Positions 12,201 to 24,200 of a stretch of DNA of 33,233 nucleotides are shown here, in pieces. The stretch's first letter is position 1; each line of letters opens with the position of its first letter. A model generated the notes under the pieces. That model was not told the origin of the DNA. It saw nothing but the letters and a program-made list of their open reading frames with translations, and made no database searches. The DNA comes from an uncultured Lachnospiraceae bacterium. Lineage in GTDB: Bacteria > Bacillota > Clostridia > Christensenellales > UBA1242. Location: NCBI GenBank assembly GCA_964368655.1, contig CAYJCC010000001.1:1-33233 (forward strand), read 5' to 3'. Both the position numbers and the translations under genes were made by a program.

Positions 12201-15200
12201 GCAGTATTATCTGGAGAAATCGTTGGTGGATTATTTGGATTGATTGGAGAATCAACACAAGTTTCAGACGTTTCTTTAATTATAACAGGAACACCACATT
12301 TGAATGCTATCAGAGCAGCAGGTGGTATTGCCGGTGAAAACAGAGGAAAAATTGAACGTGCAACAGTTGTTCATTCTGAAGAGACTCAAGCAGAAATAGA
12401 CCAACTTATTTCTCAAAATGCACAAGTTTCAACAATACATGACAAAACATACAACACGTTATTTACAAGAAATGCTAACTTTATCGGTGGATTGGTTGGT
12501 ATGAATTTTGCTGGAGAAATAACAAACTCATATAACTTGGTGAGCGTAGAAAACCCTAGAGCAGCTTATGCTGGTGGCTTGATTGGTTTGGATATCAGTG
12601 GAACTATAACCTCTGTATATACAACTGCATCAGTTAAAGCTTATCGTTCATATGGTGGTATCACAGGTAAAGAAGTTTCATATAACGCAGTCCTTTTAGT
12701 TGACATGGCAAGAAATCGTTTATCAACAAACATACAAAATGTTGATTATTTGAATGAGTTAGTAAAGAATAGTGACCAAGTTATCTATAAAGGTGTAAAC
12801 GGCATAAACCTTTGGACAGCCGAAGATTTAACAACTTTTAACAGATATAATGGACAAGACTACAACTATGCCGATGTAGGTTCGTTTATTGGAACATTGA
12901 TAGTAAAGGATACCATTGACATTCGTTGTGCAAACTCTGTTGAAATAGATACCCGTTTAAGAAACGAGTATAACTATTTCATGACAGCAAATTATCTAGA
13001 TAGCGCAAAAGCAGGGCAATTATTGCTCCAAGTTGGAAACCTTGCACTTTCAGATTTGATAACTGAAGAAGGTTCAGGTAATTTTGCTTCCAATACACAA
13101 GAATTGGAAGCAAAAATCTCGGAAGTGGAAGGCGCCGCCAGCAAGCCATACATTCAAAGTGGAAACTATATGTATGAGAATTCTGAAGGAAAGACTACAT
13201 ATTATCATGTTTCTAGACTCCAAAAATATGGTTCATTGAGAACTTTATCTGAATTTGTAAGCATGACCCTTGATGTTACTAAAGCAAGACAGACCTCAAA
13301 CGAATTTAATACAGAAACATTGGAATATGAACTTACAAATGAAGATAAATACTTTACGATGATAGATGTAATCAACAATTATATCTTGACCGATAGTGAT
13401 AAATACGAGTTGCTGGGACAATCAACCAATGAGACAATACTTTTATATTCTTATATGAATTCAAATCACACAAAGATTATGACTTCTTTAAGCGAAAATG
13501 AAAATCGCACAAGGTTAGTAGACTATTGTGAAAAGGTTATTATTACTGGTAACACGGTTACAATAGAAACATCGCTAACAGGCATGAGAACAGAATTGCA
13601 ACGAGTTGTTACATATCTTTCCGATGCCTTTACTGGAAACGAGTCAACATTTGCTGAACTTGTTCAAGTGATTAATTCTTATGAACCAACTAGTCAAAAT
13701 TTAATAGACACAAGACTGACTGAAGATGAATTGAAAGCGAGAATAAAAGCGTTTATGGATGCCGATACGAAGAACACCTTTGTAGATGGAACTGATGATG
13801 AAAATTGGAATGCTCCTGGAGTTGTAGAGTCATTAGTTACATACATAAATAACAACTATTCTTTGGAAGCAGGACAACAAATTCCTCAAAGAGCAAATGC
13901 CAAATCGCCAAAAATATTTACAACTTACAATCCAATGTTGTGGCATGGTGTAACATTTAGAGAAGATGGAACAAAAGAGTTCACGGAAGTAGCTCTTCCA
14001 AAACTTGAACCAAAAGCAGACTTGGGTGTAATTACCGTAACAACAGTTGAAGAATTGTTGTTGATTGAAACATATAGATTTAGCAAATTTATAATTGCTG
14101 CCGATATTGACCTGTCCACATACGATGGGGATTGGTTGCCTTTGTGTAGCGAAGATTTTCCATTCCAAGGAACAATTGAGGGCGCTGAAAGAAAAACGGA
14201 AGGTGACCAACCAGTTACTGGTTCTTATTATGGAATATATAATATAAGCATAATAGGAAAAACAAACAAATTAGGATTACTGTCCTATGTTGAAAATGCA
14301 ACATTCAAGAATTTAACTCTTGGTGTAATTAAAGTTGATAATGCAGGTTATAACGGAGAGTCTGGACCAGCTTATGTTGGTGCATTGTTTGCATACTCAA
14401 ACAACACTCAAAATCAAATAACAATCGTCGATAATGTTCATGTTATCTCAAACGATGGCTATATTGATAAAGTTTTGGAAAATGCTACAAGCATGAAGAC
14501 AGCTGCTGAAGAAGAACTTGAAATAAACTTGGCTATCAAAAATGGAAATAGTAGTTATAAAATATCTGCAACATATACTGGGGCAGTAGGTTCTTTATTT
14601 GGTTATGCAAATGGCGTTCAATTAAAGAATGTATCAGTTGGACTAGATGGAAACAACGATTATTCTGGTGTAGTAGAAGCTAGAAGTGTGTATGCAGGAG
14701 CAACTGACACAGTTACTGCTGGTGCTATTGCTGGTAAGATTGTATCTCGTGAGAGCAGAATAAGTGTAAGAAAGAATTTTGCTTCATTGGAAGAAGCTAG
14801 GAATACGTATAAGATAGAAGACTATCTTGCATATACAGTGAATGGTGCTGATAACAACAACACAAGATTAAATATAAAACAGTCCGTTAGTGATGGTGAA
14901 GAAAAAGAAAGTCTAAGCCTTGTTCTTGCTTTTGGTGGATTGTTTGGAGAGATTGAAGACGGACTTGGTGGTGGAACAGCAGTAAATATCAAGAACATAA
15001 AGGTTAATAACCCAGGTGTTACTTCTGACACTATTCGACTAACCATGGACTACAATGCTGGAGAGATATATGTTGGTGGTGCAATAGGAAGAACAGTTGG
15101 TGCTGTTAACATAAACAGTAATGAATACATAACTGAAGAAAGAACCAACATGTTGGCTCTTGGAAACAGTTTATCATTCGAAGATGATAGTACCGATGCA

Positions 15201-18200
15201 AATTCTCCTAACTTAACATTGACAGAAAAGAACGCATATACAATGCAGTTACTTGCTAGAAATGTTGAAGGGTATGCAGTTGCTAACAATTCAATAATAA
15301 GATTAAAATTAGACAACAATAATTCAAGATTATTTGTTGGAGGTTTTGTTGGTTCACATAGTGGAACTTCAAGCCTAAATAGTTCATTCAACAATATTGA
15401 CTTAACCGGAGAAACAAAAATAATCTTGTCTGGTGCAAATACTCCAGCAAAAACACTCGATGAAAAAGTTGATTACAATGTTTACTTTGGTGGAGCAGTT
15501 GGTTATTTACAACAAAACGCTTCAGATATAGATTTGAAATCGGGATCATTTGATATTTCTAAAGAAGATACCTATGAAGGGTTGTTCCTCGGAGGAATTG
15601 CCGGATACATGACCAACTCTGTAATGTCTGACGTTGCAGCTAAAATAAGCTTGGTAGTTCCAAATAATTTAAGTTTCAGCGAGAAATATCTCGGAGGAAT
15701 CGCCGGGTATTCTTATAATAGTAGCTTTGATATGGTTGCCAGTGATGGTAATATAGAATATCTGGGAGAAGACGAAGCCGAAATAGGTGGATTAGTTGGT
15801 AAATTTGTCGCTAAGTCACTAGGTGGAGCGTTTACTATCTCAAGAGTGTTCTCAAATATGAACATCAAGAGTAATGGAACAGGAAACTTTGGTGGATTGA
15901 TTGGAATTCTCCTTGCTGGTGACCACTCAGAGGGCGAAATTAACATTTCTGATAGTTATTCAGCTGGTAGTGTTTGGGCTGCTGCTGATGCCATAGAAGG
16001 CGTTTCAGTAGGTGGGTTCATAGGTTCTGCTAACTTTAAGCAAACAAGTGATAGTGCTTCATGTAAAGGCTTACTAGAAGTTAAAAATAGTTATAGTATT
16101 GCTAATGTTGTTACGGCAACAACTGAAACCAATAAAGCAACTTACTTAAACGAAAATGATGGTTCATACGGAGCATTCGTTGGAAGTATAAGAACAGACG
16201 ATGTAGATGGGGCATTCTATAATGTTTATTATAATGCCGATCTTGCACCACGTTCTGCAGAGATACCAGGAATAACTGGTCTTTCTACTAAAAATATGTT
16301 GTTTGAGTCTCTCGGAACATTTAACGGATATTTAGATACAGAGATTTGGACGCTCGTAAGTGGTGCTTATCCAGTATTAAAATATGCACTTGACGTGAAT
16401 AGTTTCGCTGGCGCTTATGCGAGTCAAACATTGACAGCTCAAGAAAACAAACAATCTATATTCCAACAGGCTGAAACAAATCAAATTCCTGTTGCGAATG
16501 CAGAAGAAACCGAAAACAGCATTGCAGTGATTTATTCTTCTGGACAACTTTCGGAAGTAGGTAACAAAACAATTTATATTGTCGCAGGAAGCACTATTAC
16601 ATACGGAACTATTGCGACTGTTGATACTTTAGGAAGATTGTGGGGAGTGGACGGAACAAACGTTTCAATCACAACCAACAACGGTATTATATCAAACACA
16701 AACTTGACCTTGAATAACAACGATAAAAACTTTGTTGGTACCAATAATGGTATCATTCAAAATACAAAAGTAAATGAAAATCATCTAAACTTAACAACTG
16801 TTGCCAACACAAATAGGTTAGCAAAGCCTATTGTTGGAACAAACAATGGTATAATTGATAAATTAAGCGTTGTTGGATACGTAAAAGCTGACCTTGCTAC
16901 AATATTTGTGGAAGGAACCAATGCTGGCATGATCATTGATTCTGTTGCTAGAACAGACCACCCAACAGCAAAACTTACAACAAATAGTGGGGCTGAGGAA
17001 GCTGGTTCTGGTAACGATTATATCAGAAACAGTTTGTTATATAACGAAAATGGTTTTGTTTATTATGGAAACACTACAAATGGACATGTACTCTCATTCC
17101 CTCTAACTGCTTTCAGCACAGATGTTGAAATTGACCCTAACAGCGACCAATTCGGAGTGTTAACAGGGGAAGAGACTATCGAAGAGTTTATGAGAGCCTT
17201 TGATATCACAAACTATACTGGATGGGCAACCAGCCAAGGCTTTGACTTTGACCAAATTTGGACAATGATAGAGCCTCAAGATGAAAGTGGATATAAGAAC
17301 TTAATTGAAGAAATTCAAGACTTGAAGAGCGAATATGTTGCATTAGCCGACGGTTACAAAGCCGTTCAAGCAAGAATAGCAGAGTTGAAGGGCACAGGAA
17401 GAATAACTACCACGGTTTATGCAAGAATAGCACCTACTTCTGTTGGTGGAGCTGCCACAAACAACTCCTCAATCTCAGCAGCAGTGTACACAAATGGAGC
17501 AATTTATGCAGCGCAAAACACGATGACAAATGCTCGTGCAAAATATGAAGAAGCAAAGAACACATATGATAATATGGTGAGACCTGCTGGTCTTACAGAC
17601 GAAGCTTGGGCAGAAAAGAAAGCCATCGCTGCTACAAATGTAACAAGAGAATGGAACAACTATTTGTCCACAATAGATTCATATAATAACCTGATAGTAG
17701 AATATAGAGCAAGAATTTTGACTGCCGAGGGTGAAAATGAGGATCCAAGAAGTTTGGGTTATGCATTGTTCTTGGTAAAAGAAAAAGCGACTGAAATTGG
17801 TAGAAAAGATGCAAGTTTCGGAGCAAAAGTTGTTAAAGATATAACTAATTCGGGTGCACCAACTCTTCAATGGACACTTAAAGATTATTGGACAAACGAA
17901 AATTTATCTACACAGTATGAATGGAAATTAAACGCTGAAGCTCAAAGTGGAACATTGGCAGGCAATCTTAATTCTATATATGGGGCATCAGGTTCAGATG
18001 GTTTAATAAATGTTATAAACGGAAATGCAACAATCAGTGCTGTATTTGGTGAGAATGTTGTTGGTTCGACGGTTAATGATTTGAAAACTGCAATAGAAAA
18101 CTCTGGAGATACTCTATTTGCAGGAACTGTTGAAAGACTAACAAACGCAGATACTTTAATAAAGATAAAAGCATGGCTTTCAAACAAAGTAATAACTAGA

Positions 18201-21200
18201 GACACTTCTAAACTTATAGAGATTGGTAGAGCAGAAGAACTTGCTTGGGTATCTAATTTGAACAGGGCAGGAGTTGAGTTTAGAGGGGTAACCTTAGAAC
18301 TTACAGCTGACATTGACCTTGGTGGCAAATTATGGCAGCCAATAGGAAATGGATACGACAACGGACAAACAAGATTAGAGGGAGATGTAACTCCATTCTA
18401 TGGTTATATAAACGGAAATTGGCATACAATTAAAAATATTTCAGTATTTGCAAGTGATTCAAATGCTGGATTGTTTGGCACTGTTGTTAATTATGGAACC
18501 ACACCTTTTGCAAAAGAATTGTATATGGAAGGTGGATTCGTTATCAGTGTTAACTCATTAGATGCTATAAATATTGACAATAGTCCATTTGCAAACGCAG
18601 GATCTCTCGTTGGCCATTTAGAAAAGACAAGTAATAGCACTATACTTTCTAAAGTTGTAGTAAAGAATGTAGCTGTAACAGCTACACATAACGCTGGTGG
18701 TATTATTGGAACAACCGTAGGTTCAGCAATCATTGAATATTCATATACAAAAGATATGGTAATTAAGGGTGCAGGCGCTATTGCGAATGTTGAGGGAACT
18801 TCGTCTGTTCTTTCGGGTATTACTAACGTTTCTGGAACAATACTGGCAAATCAAGTTTATTCAAAAAATAGTTACAACATAGGAAGTGCTGGAGTAAGAG
18901 TATATCCAATTACAAACAATACTTTAGCAGCAACTTCTGCAGCATATTATGAAGCATTGCTTCGCGAAACTTCTGCAGCTGGGGCTATAGAAAAAAGTAA
19001 AGAACAAATGGTTTCTGAATCATGGGGAAATTTCTCATGGGCAGATATTTGGTACAGAGATACTAACGGAGAAATAAACGAAGGATATCCAGAACTTTAT
19101 GTATACGAAAATTCAGACTACTGGTACGCTTATGTTCAGAATACTCAAACATCTCTAAATACAAACGGTAGGGTAGATTATTCTGTAAATGGGGATGTCT
19201 ACACAGTATTTACTGGTGCTGGACTTGCATACATGAGCTACTTGGTAGCAAATGGAGATGATTTCTCTGGAAAGACAATAACGCTTGGTAATGATATTTC
19301 ATTGAGTGGAAGATTCTGGACTCCAATAGGTACAACAACAAATCCATTCAAGGGCACTTTTGATGGAAACTTCAAGAGCGTCTTTGGCTTAACTTGTTAC
19401 AGTGTGTTCGTTGGGGATACAGAAACAGCAGCTACATTAAACCTCGGATTGTTCGGATATGTTCAAGATGCAACAATCAGAAATGTAACGGTTGGTGTTC
19501 CAAGCGATGATGAAAATTATGAAACAAAAGTTAGCACAATTGGTGGCGTTTCAAACATTGGTGGTATCATAGGACAAGCAGTACGTTCTACTATTTCAAA
19601 CGTAGTTTCATATACAGTGATTAACACAACAGAAGGACAAACTGGCGAAAATATCGGTGGTATTGTTGGTTTTGCTACAAACTCTAAATTGATAGAGTGT
19701 ACAAACTATGGTGCAATCACAGGTTTAACTACAACTAACGTAGGTGGTATTGTTGGACGAATGACATACGATTCAACAACAGGTGGAACATTTATGCCAA
19801 CAGGAACCTTAAGTGGAGAAAGGATAGAAAGCCTTCTCGGAAACTTAAACTCTTCTAAGTTGGTTAATAACGCAGTTATCCGTAGCAACGGTAGTTATGT
19901 TGGTGGTATTTTTGGACAAATTTCAAATGCAAACCAATTTACTGTTACTGGAACATACAACGGGATAACATATACAAATGAAGTATTTACTCCAAGCGTT
20001 AGTGAGTCATATAACACAGGAATAGTTTCGTCATCAGACAGTTATGTTGGTGGTATTTCTGGATATTCTCAAAGAACAAGTTACACATTGGTTTATAATA
20101 TAGCGAATGTAACTGGCTCAACCAATGTTGGTGGTATTTTGGGATACACCACAGGAAGTGGTTCTTTAGCAAAAGACATTTACATTGACAACAGCATGCT
20201 CGTTGAGGCGGGAAGTGCAAAACCATCAAGTACGGGTACGATAAAGGGACAAAACTATATTGGTGGAGTTGTGGGATATTCTGATACTACGACAATTATG
20301 GGTGTTACTAACTGTAGTCCTATTATTAGGGTATCAGGGGCTTCGCAGGATAGTTATTTTGGTGGTATTGTTGGTTATGCAAACAATTCTAACTTATATG
20401 AAGTAGCAAACAAAGTGGAGCTTACTGTTGGCGCAGGATATGTAGGAGGTATCGCATGTTATGTAGGAGGTATCGCAGGTTATGCTTCATTTGACAACTC
20501 TTCAGAAGCTATCAACTTATATGACACATCGACTCAATATTCAGAAGCAGGTAGCCTTCATATATTCCCAGATAAAGACCCACTTATAGCAAGGTATAGT
20601 GGTACAGCAAATAGAGTTTCAAGTGCTGTATATGGTGGAGCAACTCAAAGTAGAGTTTCAAATATAAACAATTCAATTGTTTCTGCTGCGAATGCTGAGA
20701 CAAATACAATCTTTACTAACTCAAGTGTTTGGGTAAACGGAGTATTAAAATATGCAAGAACCGTAGAAATCTTGCCAAATAAAACAAATAGTAGTGTAAC
20801 AATTAACACTGCAGATGAATTTTACATGATTGCTTATATGATGGCTATGAGATTGAATAGACCAATCGTAACAGAAATTACGCTTGGAGCAGATATTGTC
20901 CTTGATTTGTCTGCAACAAATTATGTACGAAATCTGGAATCTGGTAAAATTAGCCCACATGCTTCTAACTTGCTTGGAACAGGAGATAATTATAAATTCA
21001 AAGGAACATTTAATGGTAATAATAAGACCATAACTCTTTCTAGGACTTCTGAAGAAACATTTTCTGAAGAAATATTTAGTAATATGTATACTGGATTGTT
21101 CGGATGTGTTCAAAACGGACAAATAAGCAACTTAACCATTTCTTTAGCAGGCAATATAGTAGGGTTCAATTATACTGGAGCTCTTGCTGGAATCGTTCAA

Positions 21201-24200
21201 AATGGTAATATTTCAAATGTGACAGTTCTAAGCGGAGGGTCTTCAATAATTGGGAACCAATATGTTGGTGGTATTATTGGAAGAGCAGAAGGTTCAACGA
21301 TAAGCCTTAACACTGCTGGAGTAACGAATAAAACAGCAGTAAATTGCAATGTTCAAGGTGTAATTAATATAGGTGGTATTGTAGGATATGTAGTCAATAC
21401 AAAAATTTATGGCACGGGTTCAGCCCTTGCAACAAACATGGATACAAATGCTATAGTTGGAGGCAATATAACATTTGTAAACACTGGTTCAACCTTTGAT
21501 TCTATTGGTGGAGCCATTGGTTCTGCTAATAGTTCTGAAATATATAATATAAGTAGTACTTCTACGGTTGGAGATGGGACTTTAGGCGCAAATGTCGGTG
21601 GAATTGTTGGAATAAGCAATGATTCTCCAATTAGTTATTGTAAAAATGAAGGAACGGCTAAAGGACGCTCATATGTTGGTGGAATAACAGGACAGGCTGC
21701 TTATGGTTCTATTAACAATTGTGAAAACAGTGCAGGTATCCAAGGTAATTCGTACATAGGTGGAATTGCTGGTATTTCAAGCGGTAACATTGCAAATTGT
21801 ACTAATTCGGGAAAGATTACTGCCTCAATTTTGTCTGACGCAAAAGGTGCTGGTGGAATAGTTGGTGTATTGACGGCACAAAAAGTAGAACAATGTATAA
21901 ATAATGGTATAGTCAACAGTCTTTCTTCAGAGTATGTCGGAGGAATTGTTGGACGTGTTTATAGTCATGCTTCAATATCTGAAAGCGTAAATAATGCAAG
22001 AATTACGGGATTAAGATATGTTGGTGGTATAGTAGGTGGAGTTTATATTGATAGTCAAATATCCATAAATGAATCTGACAATAAAGGACAAATAGTGGGT
22101 AACGGAATAGTTGGTGGAATAATCGGTTATGCAAGGTCAGGGGCAAGTATAACTAACTGTGAAAATCAATCTTCAGCAATAGGAGAAAATGATTCTATTG
22201 GTGGAATTGTTGGACAAATAGATAGTGGAACGATTGAAAATTGTGCAAATAATGCCGCAATACAAGCTAATTACGCGGCCGGTGGAATAGTTGGAAATAG
22301 TAATGGTGGAAGTAGTTCCTTAAACGTTGTAATCACAAATCCAGGATTGGGAATATGGTCTTTTGTGAAGGGAAATTATTATGTTGGTGGAATTGCTGGT
22401 TATGCACAATACACTCAAATAAGGTTCACTTCAAATACTGTTCTAAACGTTGGAACAATAGAAGCTACAAACACTCAAGGGCAGAATGGAGGTTCCTTTG
22501 GCGGGTTGATAGGTAGAGGACAGTTTTGTGAAATTTATGGACAACATATATCTGATACTAATAAATTTGCAACTACAAATACTGGAAATACCCAGGTTAC
22601 GGCAACAATAAAGAGTAAGGATTCATATGCGGGTGGCATTATTGGAAGACTTGAGGGTGGAAAAATATACAATATAACACTTGCATACGGTATCGTGGGG
22701 GAGTCGTCAAAAGTAGACTATGTCGGCGGAATCGCAGGGCATAGCACAGGTGAAATTTTATACTGTTCAAATGCTAATACGTCTGAAATATACGGTCGCA
22801 ATTATGTTGGTGGCATTGCAGGAAGGTCTTCGGGGACGATAACCGATTGTTATAACACTGGCTTGGTTTCAGCAAGTGAGAGTTACGTTGGAGGTATTGC
22901 TGGTCAAGCTTATGGAACAATTCAGTTCGCGGGAGGCAGAAATACTTCTGGAATAGTTAGTGGGTTATCAAATGTTGGTGGAGTTGTTGGAGTTGTTTCC
23001 GATGGAAAATTAACAGTATACGGAACAATGGAATTCACAACTTCCAATAGCACATCTAAAACCTTATTTAGCGGGACACTTTCAAAATCTTCTAAGTTGG
23101 GTGGAATTATAGGATTGGTTGATGATTATTCTTACAACTCAGTTTATATATATAACATGATAAACAATAGTACAATTGCAGGAAGTGAAGCCGTAGGGGG
23201 TATTGTTGGGAATGCTCTTGGTGGTGGAGGAGAAATAAAATACTGTATTAACTATCAATCAATTACTGGCTCATCAAATGTCGGTGGAATTGCTGGAAAT
23301 GTTTTGGCTAAAAGTGGCAGTTATGTTATAGATGAATGCCATAACTATGTGGGTGCCCCAATAAAGAATGGCTCTAATGTCGGCGGAATAGTGGGGAATT
23401 TCAACAGAGGTACAATTTCAAACTGTGAAAATGTGGCGATAATAAGTGGTACATTTAATGTTGGTGGAATCGCTGGAAATAACGTTTCAACAATATACGG
23501 TTGTACCAACAATGGTGAGATAACAGGAACCTACTCCGTTGGTGGAATCGCTGGAACAAATAGTGGGTCTATCGGATCAAATGGAAATTCTTGTACTAAT
23601 TCAGGAAAGATTACTGCCTCAACTTCGTCTAACAAAAAAGGTTCTGGTGGAATTGTTGGAACAAACAGTGGAACCGTACAGTATTGTACGTCAGAAGAAG
23701 ATATTTCTGGGAAAACAAACACAGGTGGAATAGTTGGTTATTCTTCTTCGGGTAGCATTATTAGTAATTGTAAGACTCTTAGTGTAACGATAGAAGGAAC
23801 ATCAAACAATATTGGTGGAATAGTTGGGAGCAATTATTATGGAACAGTTTCTGAAAGTACTAGTTCATATGTAACGATAAAAGGATCGTACAACATTGGA
23901 GGCATTGCGGGTGCGTCGTATGGTACTATTGAAAATTGTTCTCTTGAAAAAGGAAGCTCGGTGACAGGATCGTCACACTCTGTTGGTGGCGTAGTTGGCT
24001 ATTTGTCTGGAACCACGGTTTCAGGATGTTTGGTTTATTCTTATTATCATGAAAAGAGAGTTGGACTTGGGTTTTGGGACTATCAAACACATGACGATCG
24101 AACATATATAACAGGACCCACGGATGTGGGTGGAATAGCCGGATATTCTTCAAGCTCAACGATAACAAATTCTTTTGTTGATTCCTATTCTTATAAGGAT

